From: a virus
Lineage: Duplodnaviria > Caudoviricetes
Direction: 5' to 3' (one strand)
Length of the DNA stretch: 64,000 bases
Virus record (IMG/VR): IMGVR_UViG_3300028048_000002
Coordinates: 64,001-128,000 of that record
Positions 18,975 to 28,910 of this stretch are shown one piece after another. Under the pieces are notes generated by a model. That model ran no database searches. It had not been told where the DNA came from and saw only the letters and a list, made by a program, of their open reading frames with translations. Positions within the stretch are counted from its first letter, which is position 1. Each line of letters starts with the position of its first letter. The position numbers were made by a program, and so were the translations under genes.

Positions 18975-20081
18975 ATGAAAGTTGGTGAGAACATGAAAAA
19001 ATGTCAATACTGTAATAAAAAATTTGAACCTAGAAATAATAGACAAAAATACTGTGAGGGTCCTCATATTAGAATCTGCCCTGTATGCAAGAACGAATAT
19101 TTAGAGAAAGACAATTGGCAACTTCAATTTCCACCACATGCTTGTTCTTATAAATGCAGGGGAATTCTACAGTCTCAAACTAAAGCTAACAAACCTAAGA
19201 AGAAAAGAAAGCTTATCCAACTATTAGAAGATAATCCTCAATATATAGATAAATTTGATTCAGCTAACATATTAAATAGAGGTAAACTAATATATGAACT
19301 TGAAAAACTTCTTCAAGATAACAACATTCAATATATGCTGCCTATCCATATTGAGAATGAAAGATATGACGTTTGGTTAAAAGCTTCGAATACTGTTTTA
19401 TTTGTAGCGGAGTTTTCAGAAGACATCAACCACAATCGTAATAAAGTAAAATTAGCAGAATCAAAAGGATACAATTGCTTCATTATCTACCCTTGGGATG
19501 ATTTAAATAAAATAGTTCAACAATTTAGACCAAAAGTGAAAGTTGATTTAGACAAATGTTCACTATTCAGACTGAATAGAAAACCTTCAAACGAGTTTTT
19601 AAATAATTATCATCTACAAAATTCATGTAGAAATCAATTATCGTTTTGGGGTATTGTTAGAGAGAATGAAATCCTTCAGATAATAACATTTGGTAAACCT
19701 AGATTTTCTAAAAATCACTCTATTGAGATAATGAGATATTGCACCAAACCTGAAATTAAAATTGACGGTAACTACATAAACTTGTTTTATGGAGTCCAAG
19801 CACTGCAATATTTGCAAAATGTAGTTGGATATGAACAAATTGGAAGGTTCCAGGATTTTAACTTCGAGCAACTTGGATTCATCTTACAAAAAACAACCCC
19901 ACCACAAGAAGTATGGTCAAAAGAAAACAAGCACATAACAGCTTCTTTGCTACGTGCTCGCGGATACGATCAATTATTTAGTACTAATTACGGGAAGGGT
20001 GTTAGTAATGAGATGTTGATGTTACAGAATGGTTGGTTACCTGTTTACGATTGTGGGCAGAAGGTTTTTGTATTTAGATAG
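18975..20081 (+). CDS. Hef-like free-standing homing endonuclease
   Basis: Zn-ribbon N-terminus; FLNNYHLQ, ITFGKPRF, IEIMRYC, GWLPVYDCGQKVF motifs; only credible plus-strand gene. Confidence 0.7.
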   Translation: MKVGENMKKCQYCNKKFEPRNNRQKYCEGPHIRICPVCKNEYLEKDNWQLQFPPHACSYKCRGILQSQTKANKPKKKRKLIQLLEDNPQYIDKFDSANILNRGKLIYELEKLLQDNNIQYMLPIHIENERYDVWLKASNTVLFVAEFSEDINHNRNKVKLAESKGYNCFIIYPWDDLNKIVQQFRPKVKVDLDKCSLFRLNRKPSNEFLNNYHLQNSCRNQLSFWGIVRENEILQIITFGKPRFSKNHSIEIMRYCTKPEIKIDGNYINLFYGVQALQYLQNVVGYEQIGRFQDFNFEQLGFILQKTTPPQEVWSKENKHITASLLRARGYDQLFSTNYGKGVSNEMLMLQNGWLPVYDCGQKVFVFR

Positions 20082-20111
20082 GATTAAATTTACAACAACC
20101 TTAATCCTATC
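20077..20111. terminator. Bidirectional terminator between convergent genes
   Basis: GATAGGATTAA...TTAATCCTATC inverted repeat. Confidence 0.55.
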
Positions 20112-20134
20112 TATAAATGCATCTTTTTTTACTC

Positions 20135-20911
20135 CTACTCCTCAAATGCGTACTCGTTGAGAATATTCTCGAGATAAGCTCGATACTTCTTTTTGAACTC
20201 AGTTTTGTTTTTGGATTCAATGGCTATATCTATTGTTTCGTTGTTAAAGGTTTGGTAATCATAATTGGAAGCTAGTGTACTGTCATCTTCATTAGACAGG
20301 AACCAAATACCTCCTTGCCCGCCCTGTATTGAGGGTTCTAGCCAAATTCCGAGCGCGTTTTCAACTTCTTGTTGAATGGATTCAAGTTTTTCACCCGCCT
20401 CTGTTTGCTCATACAAGGGATCAATTCCGTCTTCAGCTTCACGTTGTAAGTTATTTACAAGTGATTTCCAGTTAATGCGTTTTGATTTACCTGCACCTTC
20501 TAATTCTTCACGGATTTGCTTCATCTGCTTATTATCATATTTCGGATCTGCATACTGGGAAACATCTAAACCTGAGGAGAGGCCGTAACGAATTTGCCTC
20601 ATCTGCTTCCAACTATATTTCGGATCTGCGTACACAGATACATCAAGACCTTTTTCAAGACCCTCACGGATCTCCCACATCTGCTCCCAATCGTATTTTG
20701 GGTCTGCGTACACAGATACATCGACACCGTCTTCAAGTCCTTGAAGAATCTGACCCATCTCCATAGATCCAAATTTCTTAGGGTCTGCGTACACAGATAC
20801 ATCAAGACCCTTTTCGAGACCATCACGAATCTTCTCCATCTGGTACCTATCAAACACACCCATGTTTTCATAATCTTCAATTGTTTTTGCGGATTTTATG
20901 TATCTTTTCAT
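20135..20911 (-). CDS. MKRYIK-leader protein, 4 YADPKY repeats + EPS-Q-GxG domain
   Basis: Leader, repeats, WKSLVNNLQREAEDGID...LEPSIQGGQGGIWF. Confidence 0.75.
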   Translation of the reverse strand: MKRYIKSAKTIEDYENMGVFDRYQMEKIRDGLEKGLDVSVYADPKKFGSMEMGQILQGLEDGVDVSVYADPKYDWEQMWEIREGLEKGLDVSVYADPKYSWKQMRQIRYGLSSGLDVSQYADPKYDNKQMKQIREELEGAGKSKRINWKSLVNNLQREAEDGIDPLYEQTEAGEKLESIQQEVENALGIWLEPSIQGGQGGIWFLSNEDDSTLASNYDYQTFNNETIDIAIESKNKTEFKKKYRAYLENILNEYAFEE

Positions 20912-20965
20912 TTTTACCTCATATAAATGTCGAATCTTATACGAAATTTATACGCATATTTAAGA

Positions 20966-21127
20966 TTATTTTATCTGAATAACAACTTCATCTGGTTTAT
21001 CATATGGATAATTTGAATCAACCCAAACTGTTTCGATTACTTCTTCAATATTTAGCATATAGTCATCTACAACTCGTAAATTTGGATTAAATTCCTGCAG
21101 CTTTTCAATAAGGTCTTTGACTTTCAA
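20966..21127 (-). CDS. Small hypothetical phage protein (MKVKDLIEKLQEFNPNL...)
   Basis: Manual translation, TTG start, 53 aa. Confidence 0.55.
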   Translation of the reverse strand: MKVKDLIEKLQEFNPNLRVVDDYMLNIEEVIETVWVDSNYPYDKPDEVVIQIK

Positions 21128-21212
21128 TTTAAAGCCCTAATTCTTCAAGTGTTTGATAACAATCAGATGCATTTATATATCCATCTTTAGATAATTTAGC
21201 CATTCATAACGT

Positions 21213-21764
21213 CTACTTAGTCATTTTTTTAATCCAACCTTGTACTTGATCATCAATATCTTCAATTGCATCTAAATATGAATTATAGATTTTATTATTT
21301 ACAATAATTGTTTTAGCATAGGGGATTAAACTTTTTCCATGTGTAAATTTGAGTAATTCTGGTGATTTTAATTCTTCCTTTTTGTTCTTCTGCTGTTTTT
21401 TAGTTCTATGTGCTTTATGATTTGAAATTCTTAAACGTAATCTAAATTTTAAAACTATATTACCTGCATTATCTTTAGCTAAGAAATTATAGTAATATGA
21501 ATTATTTTCAGAAGTATCAAAATATGTAAGTTCTAATCCGTAATTATCTATCAACAAGTCTTCTACAGACTCAACAAAATCTTCATAATCAGCAAGAAGC
21601 TGCTCAGAAATTATCGCATCTTTATCTCCAGGAATTACTTCACCATCAGGAATATACAAACCTTTATAGCTAGCAGATAAAATTTCAAAATCTTGATAAG
21701 CTTGTATTACTACATCAATCTCTTTTATTTGAGTTTGTATATTAGATTTAATATATCTTTTCAT
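21213..21764 (-). CDS. MKRYIK-leader family protein
   Basis: MKRYIKSN; AAGGAGG RBS; LRISNH motif. Confidence 0.7.
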   Translation of the reverse strand: MKRYIKSNIQTQIKEIDVVIQAYQDFEILSASYKGLYIPDGEVIPGDKDAIISEQLLADYEDFVESVEDLLIDNYGLELTYFDTSENNSYYYNFLAKDNAGNIVLKFRLRLRISNHKAHRTKKQQKNKKEELKSPELLKFTHGKSLIPYAKTIIVNNKIYNSYLDAIEDIDDQVQGWIKKMTK

Positions 21765-21880
21765 CTTAACCTCCTTAGCGGTTTAGCAATTGATAGAAGT
21801 AATCTAGCATCTAAGGCTACTAGAAATCTGCGTCCAGACTGTCCTTCTATCAATTGTTATTAACGAAGATTGAGATTAAA

Positions 21881-22531
21881 TTAATATTTTTTAAATTCTG
21901 ATCTTAAATTACGGCGATACTCAGACAAATTCTTAGATTTTAATATTATATTCATCATAGTATATAACCATTCTTGATAATCTAGTTCATATAACGCTTC
22001 ACCATATTTATTCATTACTAGCATAACCCCTTCACCAGCTTGAGTGCTTCCTTCAAAGTATATCCCTAGATTATTTGCTTCTGTATTTATTATACCATTA
22101 AAATAATTAGCTTCTTCTGTATCATCATCTAAACCATAATCAGAATTTTCTAAGGCTTGAACCATTGTTATCCATTTACTTGATTTACTTTTATTTTTAT
22201 TTTCTAATGATAATTCTTTACTATCTTCTCTATTTTTCGCAGCACGATATGCATTCAATATATCTGAATATCCGCAACTATCATAAAAATTTTCGGATCT
22301 TTTATATACTTCAGGAAAATCTTGCATAAAAAGTTCTTTTGCAAGAGTTCGTTTACTAAACATAATTATATCATAGATGCTATCCTCTGAAATATTAGGA
22401 TATTCTCTAAGTATTTCTGATTCTAATGTTTCGAAGTCAGGAAAAGGCGTATCATAAAGTATATTATTTTTTACATATTTTTCAAGTCCTTCATATACAA
22501 AATTTTCTGAAGCTTTGATGTATCTTTTCAT
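21881..22531 (-). CDS. MKRYIK-leader protein with divergent EPS-Q-GxG domain
   Basis: MKRYIKAS; FEGSTQAGEGVM...DYQEW. Confidence 0.7.
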   Translation of the reverse strand: MKRYIKASENFVYEGLEKYVKNNILYDTPFPDFETLESEILREYPNISEDSIYDIIMFSKRTLAKELFMQDFPEVYKRSENFYDSCGYSDILNAYRAAKNREDSKELSLENKNKSKSSKWITMVQALENSDYGLDDDTEEANYFNGIINTEANNLGIYFEGSTQAGEGVMLVMNKYGEALYELDYQEWLYTMMNIILKSKNLSEYRRNLRSEFKKY

Positions 22532-22534
22532 AAC

Positions 22535-23314
22535 TTACTCCTCAACTGCATATTCTTCGAGAATATTCTCGAGGTAAGCCTTATAACGTTTTTTATACTC
22601 AGTCTTATTTTTAGATTCAATAGCCATGTCTACCGTGTCTTCGTTGAAGGTTTGGTAATCGTAGTTGGAAACTAATGTGCTATCATCTTCACTCGATCGG
22701 AACCAGATGCCGCCCCTCCCAGCTTGTACTGAGGGTTCGAGCCAAATTCCGAGAGCATTTTCAACTTCTTGTTGGATTGATTCAAGTTTTGAACCCGCAT
22801 CTGTTTGCTTATACAGGGAATCAATTCCGTCTTCAGCTTCACGTTGTAAGTTATTTACAAGTGATTTCCAGTTAATGCGTTTTGATTTACCGGCACCTCC
22901 TGATTCGAGACCTTTACGGATTTCAAGCATCTGTTCCCAATCATATTTCGGATCTGCATACTGGGAAACATCTACACCTGAGAAGAGGCCATAAAGAATT
23001 TGCCTCATCTGTGATCTAGCATATTTCGGATCTGCATACCAGGAAACATCTACACCCATATTGAGGCCGGACCAAATTTCGTGCATCTGTTCATAATCGT
23101 ATTTCGGATCTGCATACACCGATACATCTAAACCCTTTTGAAGTCCATAACGAATTACCTTCATCTGTTCCCAGTCATATTTCGGATCTGTATACCAGGA
23201 AACATCTACACCGTCTTCAAGGCCTATACGGATTTCTCTCAGCTGCTTATCATCAAACACACCCATAGCTTCATAATCTTCAATGGTTTTTGATGCTTTA
23301 ATGTATCTTTTCAT
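22535..23314 (-). CDS. MKRYIK-leader protein, 4 YADPKY repeats + EPS-Q-GxG domain
   Basis: Close paralogue of 20135..20911. Confidence 0.75.
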   Translation of the reverse strand: MKRYIKASKTIEDYEAMGVFDDKQLREIRIGLEDGVDVSWYTDPKYDWEQMKVIRYGLQKGLDVSVYADPKYDYEQMHEIWSGLNMGVDVSWYADPKYARSQMRQILYGLFSGVDVSQYADPKYDWEQMLEIRKGLESGGAGKSKRINWKSLVNNLQREAEDGIDSLYKQTDAGSKLESIQQEVENALGIWLEPSVQAGRGGIWFRSSEDDSTLVSNYDYQTFNEDTVDMAIESKNKTEYKKRYKAYLENILEEYAVEE

Positions 23315-23380
23315 GTTTTTCCTTACTTACTTAATAGAAGGTATTTGTTTATGAATAAACTAACTACCTGTAAATGCATC

Positions 23381-23950
23381 TTAATATTGTCCATAACCTT
23401 CAAATACATCAGCTAAGTATGATTCAATATCATCTGGATACTCAATATTTGCTGCATCTAGCTTCTCAAGCATTTCATCAATACAAGCATCTTCAAATTC
23501 GTCATCCCATAAATCTGTAGTGTCATTAAGATATGAAATAACTTCGTCTTTATAGCGATTTACAAACTGCTCAACATCTTCTCCAGGCCAATCTTCATCT
23601 TCATCATCCGAAGCACAGATGTTAGTTGATGCAGAAACCCATGTAAACTGTTTCAATTGATCTATAATCGCTTGAGGATTAGAAATTTTACTTCTATTAG
23701 CATCTTCAAGTATATCGATATATTCTTCAAGTCTAGCGATCAAATTCTCAGATTCTGAAATACTATATCTAATCTTTCTCTTAATATCATCCTCAGCTTG
23801 ACGATATTTTTTCGGATCTGAAATTGTAATTAGATTTTCTAGCTCATCTATAATCCGCTGTCTAGATGCTGTATAATTTCTAGGAGCTGGATTATTATAA
23901 TATCTTCCATATGCACGACCAGAAGCTGATTTAATATATTTTTTCATCAT
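23381..23950 (-). CDS. MKRYIK-leader protein (MMKKYIKSAS) with internal VSAS/ICAS motifs
   Basis: C-terminal acidic domain shared with 27566..28447. Confidence 0.7.
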   Translation of the reverse strand: MMKKYIKSASGRAYGRYYNNPAPRNYTASRQRIIDELENLITISDPKKYRQAEDDIKRKIRYSISESENLIARLEEYIDILEDANRSKISNPQAIIDQLKQFTWVSASTNICASDDEDEDWPGEDVEQFVNRYKDEVISYLNDTTDLWDDEFEDACIDEMLEKLDAANIEYPDDIESYLADVFEGYGQY

Positions 23951-24031
23951 TAAAATCTTCCTATCTTTTAACTGGTACATCTATAATTACATAAGGTTAC
24001 ATAGCTATATTCACATCTAGAAAACATCTTT

Positions 24032-24451
24032 CTAAAGTTTATATACATAGTGTCCGTTTTCATCTATTCGACCACGACGACGAAGTTCATCAATAGTAGA
24101 TTCATCTCCCCCTAAATCAAAAATCGCATCATCGATGTCAACATCACTCATACCTGAATCAATCCAGTCGTCTAATTGTGAGTCTACTATATCTACTATA
24201 AGAGACGATTCCGATTTATTTACAACATTCGAAAGTAAATGTGTCAGTTCTGCAATTATATTAATAAGTTGTTGTTTATTAACTCCTGTAAGAAATCCGT
24301 CAGGTCCTTCATCGCTTTCCTGCGCACCATTATCAATTAAGATTTCTTCGACTAACTGAGTATCGCAATATTGCATTGCATAGTCATAAACAAACATCAC
24401 AGCATCTTGTAAAGCCGAAATGCTTGAAGCAGCTTTAATATATCGTTTCAT
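24032..24451 (-). CDS. MKRYIK-leader family protein
   Basis: MKRYIKAAS. Confidence 0.7.
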   Translation of the reverse strand: MKRYIKAASSISALQDAVMFVYDYAMQYCDTQLVEEILIDNGAQESDEGPDGFLTGVNKQQLINIIAELTHLLSNVVNKSESSLIVDIVDSQLDDWIDSGMSDVDIDDAIFDLGGDESTIDELRRRGRIDENGHYVYKL

Positions 24452-24568
24452 ATCTATCTTCTTTCTTACTACTTGAGCCTAGTCAAAAACTTCCGTTGAT
24501 TTAATATAAAGATTATAAATTATGAAATTACAACAATTATCACTTCTTATTATTTTTATATGTTGGAA

Positions 24569-25336
24569 TTAGATAAACGTTAATTCAATATTACCTGTAC
24601 CCGAAGATAATTTCAATACATAATTATCAGAATTAAATTTTTCTAGTATTGAAAGTACGTATTCTTTTATTTTTCTATTGTACCTTTTTGCTAAATGTTG
24701 ATTTTGACTGCCGAGATCTATATAACCTGTCCACGTTAATCTGAAATTATAATTATTTAATTGATCTATTTCTTCTGGTAAGAATACATTGTTGTAATTA
24801 ACAGCACTTAGAAGAGTTTTACCTGTATATGTTTTATCACCTGTAGGTATTTTCGGTCCACTTAAAATAAATTTGTTTTTATTCTTTTTAGTTACTAAGG
24901 ATTCATCAAAAGGCTTATCTGAAATAACGTTAAATATTTCTTCTAAAATATCTAACGCTTCTTCAAATTTATCATTTTTAGAATTTACTTTTAGATATTT
25001 TTGACGTAATAGTTGTCTTTTTCGATTAAACTCACTTCTAGACATATGACCTCTAGCAGTTGTTATGTATTCATAATTATCATAGTCAGCTAAACCAAAT
25101 TCAACTACACTATCATAGTCATAACCAGAATTTAAAGATTCTTCTAAATAAGCTTTTAAATCATCTACATATGCGTAATCTGCCCAAATATCTCCAAGGT
25201 CTTCGTCATTATATATTTCTATACCACCGTTTTTAATTGAAATTTTACATCCTTGGTCTCGTTTAAACTTGATCGCATCTTTAAATAACGTATCAATATA
25301 TTCATATTCAAATGATGCTTTAATGTATCGTTTCAT
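24569..25336 (-). CDS. MKRYIK-leader family protein
   Basis: MKRYIKAS at ATG 25336. Confidence 0.7.
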   Translation of the reverse strand: MKRYIKASFEYEYIDTLFKDAIKFKRDQGCKISIKNGGIEIYNDEDLGDIWADYAYVDDLKAYLEESLNSGYDYDSVVEFGLADYDNYEYITTARGHMSRSEFNRKRQLLRQKYLKVNSKNDKFEEALDILEEIFNVISDKPFDESLVTKKNKNKFILSGPKIPTGDKTYTGKTLLSAVNYNNVFLPEEIDQLNNYNFRLTWTGYIDLGSQNQHLAKRYNRKIKEYVLSILEKFNSDNYVLKLSSGTGNIELTFI

Positions 25337-25632
25337 TATTTCCACCAATCATCGCTATTTTGCTTTTTATTCCAGGCTTTCCAATCCTCTAGTTCTAATG
25401 CAGTCGTATTAGAAGGAATCCAGAAACCTTGAGATGTATATTTAAGCTTAGACCATTTATCTCCTAAATTAGCCCATAATGAACCATCGTTACTCTCATA
25501 TACTTGTAAATCATCATAATTCTTTCCCCAATAAGAAAACGATACAGTTTCATTTGTAGGTTGTAATTCAACTTCTTTATTACCATGAAATTGAGTTTTA
25601 ACTGTAATTGATGATCTTATGTATAGTTTCAT
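25336..25632 (-). CDS. MKRYIK-leader family protein (MKLYIRSS)
   Basis: Leader variant at ATG 25632. Confidence 0.65.
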   Translation of the reverse strand: MKLYIRSSITVKTQFHGNKEVELQPTNETVSFSYWGKNYDDLQVYESNDGSLWANLGDKWSKLKYTSQGFWIPSNTTALELEDWKAWNKKQNSDDWWK

Positions 25633-25713
25633 ATGATTAATCATCTCTCTACTAAATCTAAAAGATGGTGTTCTCGAGCACCTAAGCTATTAGAAACCAC
25701 CAAAGATTATCTT

Positions 25714-26415
25714 TCACATCCTATCTGCGCGGGTGTTCCATGCAGTTATAGCTTCGGCTTCAGATGGATAATTGTCTATGAAATGCCCGTGGCTTTGTTC
25801 GCTCTGCAAATCCGATTCGCAGAAAACACCATAGACCTTACAATCATCGTCGTATTCGAGCACTTTCACGCTTGCTTCTCCCCCGCAGAAAGGACAAAGC
25901 TCCGTTACCTTCCTTCCACAGCCTAGCTCGGCGATTCTCGCAATCGCGTCATCTGATGTGTGTCCGTCCCATTCGGGCGCGTACTCACGCTCCTTGCAGT
26001 CGAACATCTCCCAGTACGGGTCGAGGTCGTAGTGGTACGTGGCCTGGCCTTTCGGAGTATCGATACCGACTATGAACATGCCGTCGTACATCGTGCCGTC
26101 GTGGTGCTTGAGAGCTTTCCACGCAAGCTCTCTATGGTCGCGTACAATCACACTGAACAGCACCGCCCTGTGATGGTACAGCTCGTTGAACGTGTGGTAT
26201 CCGTCACTCGTGTTACCGTTGATTTCGCTCCCCAGCGTCGCGGCTATGGCCTGCTCGGGCGTGACCGCCATTATCAGCTTCGCGCTAGGTGTGAGCTGCA
26301 TGGCTGTGAAGCCGTTCCAGCTCGTCTCGCACGCGCCCATGTGGTCGTTCGTCGTGTACTCGATGCCGCGCTCTGTTAGCTTGGCACGCAGCTCGGTCGT
26401 TCGGTTGTCGATCAT
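25714..26415 (-). CDS. WDGH-motif domain fused to Lar-like (restriction alleviation) zinc finger; GC-rich
   Basis: SDGYHTFNELYHHR..APEWDGHT; CPFCGGEA..C..AITAWNTR. Confidence 0.65.
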   Translation of the reverse strand: MIDNRTTELRAKLTERGIEYTTNDHMGACETSWNGFTAMQLTPSAKLIMAVTPEQAIAATLGSEINGNTSDGYHTFNELYHHRAVLFSVIVRDHRELAWKALKHHDGTMYDGMFIVGIDTPKGQATYHYDLDPYWEMFDCKEREYAPEWDGHTSDDAIARIAELGCGRKVTELCPFCGGEASVKVLEYDDDCKVYGVFCESDLQSEQSHGHFIDNYPSEAEAITAWNTRADRM

Positions 26416-26495
26416 CGCGCTACCTCTCAATAAATAACAACAGTCCAATAAAGTTCAAAGCGCATATCAACAAAGCGATGATTATTGCGATCGCG

Positions 26496-26729
26496 CTAGG
26501 CTTCGCACACTTCTATGTCTATTACGCGTGTATTCCATTTCTTTGCAGCTGCTTCAATAGCGTCTACGGGTGTCTTATATCCACATCTGCTTGTTTCAAG
26601 ATTGAAATTACATTCTGGACAATGTGTGTATGCTGACCACGATTCATCACCTAACACATTTGTCCATCGTTTTGGCAAAGGTTCCCCTACTTCGTTTCCA
26701 CAAAACGGACACGGTTTCAGCTCGATCAT
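26496..26729 (-). CDS. Lar-family restriction alleviation-like protein
   Basis: ELKPCPFCG...CPEC...AAKKWNTR. Confidence 0.65.
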   Translation of the reverse strand: MIELKPCPFCGNEVGEPLPKRWTNVLGDESWSAYTHCPECNFNLETSRCGYKTPVDAIEAAAKKWNTRVIDIEVCEA

Positions 26730-26792
26730 TCGCTCTCTTCTTTCACCTCGACCTCAAAAGAATTCGCGTTATATTTACTTACCCATTTTTCC

Positions 26793-27563
26793 TTACAGTC
26801 TACATAAATTCGTAAGATAACTCTCGTAGCTTGATTTGAATTCAGCTTCATTTGAAGCGTTTGCGGCTAAATAAAAGATGTCATTGTTGAAATCATTATA
26901 ATCATAATCTTCCACCAAAGCTTCATCAGTAGAATTATCCCAAATCCAAACGCTACCGACTCCAGCTTGAACTGAGGGCTCTACGTAAATATCGAGTCTT
27001 TCTTCTACTTGCTTACATAAGCTGTTTAAATACCTTCCAGCTTCTGTTTGTTCATATAAAGAATCAATACCGCTTTCAGCTTCACTTTCTAACTTATCGA
27101 AGAGTGATTTCCAGATGGGTGTTGATTTTTTCTGAGGCTTGAGCAAACCCTGCAGCTCCCAACGAATTTGCTGCATCTGCGACCAACTATATTTCGGATC
27201 TGTATATAAAGATACGTCAACACCGGATTCGAGACCTTTGCGAATTTGCTCCATCTGATGGTCATCATATTCCGGATCTGCATATTGGAAAACATCTATA
27301 CCGGATTCGAGGCCTCTACGAATTTCCCTCATCTGCGACCAACCATATTTTGGATCTGCGTACTCAGATACGTCAATACCGGATTCGAGGCCGCGACGGA
27401 TTTCAATCATCTGCGACCAATCATATTTCTTTGGATCTGCGTACACAGACACATCAACACCGTTTTTGAATCCTTCACGAATCTGATCCATCTGATTTCT
27501 GTCAAAAACACCCATATTTTCGTAATCTTCAAGGGTTTTTGATGATTTTATATATCTTTTCAT
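26793..27563 (-). CDS. MKRYIK-leader protein, 4 YADPKY repeats + EPS-Q-GxG domain
   Basis: Leader, repeats, VEPSVQAGVGSVW. Confidence 0.75.
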   Translation of the reverse strand: MKRYIKSSKTLEDYENMGVFDRNQMDQIREGFKNGVDVSVYADPKKYDWSQMIEIRRGLESGIDVSEYADPKYGWSQMREIRRGLESGIDVFQYADPEYDDHQMEQIRKGLESGVDVSLYTDPKYSWSQMQQIRWELQGLLKPQKKSTPIWKSLFDKLESEAESGIDSLYEQTEAGRYLNSLCKQVEERLDIYVEPSVQAGVGSVWIWDNSTDEALVEDYDYNDFNNDIFYLAANASNEAEFKSSYESYLTNLCRL

Positions 27564-27565
27564 AA

Positions 27566-28447
27566 TTAGTATCTTTCAAACATATCAACTAAGTAAGATT
27601 CAACATCATCGGAAACATACAAGCCTTGCTTCTCTAACATATCAATCATCTTATCTATACATTCATCTTCAAAATCCTCATCCCCAAGGTCTGTTGTATC
27701 ATTTATGTAAGAAACAACTTCATCTTTATGTTTTTCTGCGAATGCAATTGCTTCTTTATAATCTTCATCTCCGTTGAGAATATTCTCGAGGTAATCCTGG
27801 TAACGTTTTTTGAACTCAGTCTTATTTTTAGATTCGATAGCCATATCTATTGTGTCTTCGTTAAACGTTTGGTAATCGTAATTGGAAGCTAGTGTGCTGT
27901 CATCTTCACTCGAATAGAACCAGATACCTCCCCTCCCAGCTTGTATTGAGGGTTCTAGCCAAATTCCGAGAGCATTTTCAACTTCTTGCTGGATGGATTC
28001 GAGTTTTGAACCCGCATCTGTTTGCTTATAAAGGGAATCAATTCCATCTTCTGCTTCTCTTTGTAGCTGATTTACAAGTGATTTCCAGTTTAAACGTTTT
28101 TGTTTTGTGGGTTTTTCGAGGCCTTTACGGATCTTGCTCATCTGCTCCCAATCGTATTTTAGATCTGCGTACACAGAAACATCAAGACCTTTTTCAAGAC
28201 CCTCACGGATCTCCTCCATCTGCGCAGAATTAAATTTCGGATCTGCATACCAAGATACGTCAACACCTTTTTCAAGGCCTTCGCGAATCTCGCTCATCTG
28301 TGCCCAAATGTATTTTGGATCTGCGTATACAGATACGTCAACACCTTTTTCAAGGCCTTCGCGGATCTCGTTCATCTGATACTCATTAAATACACCCATG
28401 TTTGCATAATCTTCAATTGTTTTTGCTGCTTTTATGTATCTTTTCAT
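27566..28447 (-). CDS. MKRYIK-leader protein, 3 YADPKY repeats + EPS-Q-GxG domain + acidic domain
   Basis: Modular paralogue; KDEVVSYINDTTDL domain shared with 23381. Confidence 0.75.
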   Translation of the reverse strand: MKRYIKAAKTIEDYANMGVFNEYQMNEIREGLEKGVDVSVYADPKYIWAQMSEIREGLEKGVDVSWYADPKFNSAQMEEIREGLEKGLDVSVYADLKYDWEQMSKIRKGLEKPTKQKRLNWKSLVNQLQREAEDGIDSLYKQTDAGSKLESIQQEVENALGIWLEPSIQAGRGGIWFYSSEDDSTLASNYDYQTFNEDTIDMAIESKNKTEFKKRYQDYLENILNGDEDYKEAIAFAEKHKDEVVSYINDTTDLGDEDFEDECIDKMIDMLEKQGLYVSDDVESYLVDMFERY

Positions 28448-28492
28448 TTTTACTTATCCTTTTTATTTATTAAACCAAGCAATTTCATCTAG

Positions 28493-28873
28493 TTATGCAT
28501 AATCTTTTAAATAATATTTAGCTTCATCCCACTTCCTAATAGCTTTATCATATCCATATAGTAACCAATATCTGATAGCTTTCATTTTTCTCCAAGTATA
28601 TTTAGGATTCATATATTCTTCTACATCTACACCATCAATTAAACCCATACGAATCTGACCCATTTGTTTTGCATCAAATCTTGGATCTGCATATATATCA
28701 ACATCTACATTATCTGAAAGTCCTAATTTAATTTGATGCAATTGATCTTTTGTAAATCCTTGTTCTTCATATTCAGACATTATCATTTTATACCCAGCAG
28801 ATTTTTCTCTACTAGATAATTCTGGAAAAGGCTTATTCCAATTACGATAAGATGCTTTAACATATATTTTCAT
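28493..28873 (-). CDS. MKRYIK-leader protein (MKIYVKAS), 2 divergent YADP repeats
   Basis: DVDIYADPRF, DVEEYMNPKY. Confidence 0.7.
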   Translation of the reverse strand: MKIYVKASYRNWNKPFPELSSREKSAGYKMIMSEYEEQGFTKDQLHQIKLGLSDNVDVDIYADPRFDAKQMGQIRMGLIDGVDVEEYMNPKYTWRKMKAIRYWLLYGYDKAIRKWDEAKYYLKDYA

Positions 28874-28910
28874 ATAGTACCTTCTTCTATATATAGCATT
28901 TATTATACTG

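Noticed and set aside
24479-24515. NLYIKST fragment as another leader remnant
   Set aside because: No start codon or RBS and too short to separate from chance in AT-rich DNA
17193-28447. 78-bp repeats as a CRISPR array or DGR template/variable repeats
   Set aside because: They are in-frame coding repeats without spacers, variation is not adenine-specific, and no reverse transcriptase or cas operon is in the window
5468-28873. MKRYIK leader as a Sec signal peptide or a purely DNA-level translation enhancer
   Set aside because: No hydrophobic h-region follows, and synonymous codon variation points to peptide-level selection; a contribution from AT-rich initiation bias is not fully excluded
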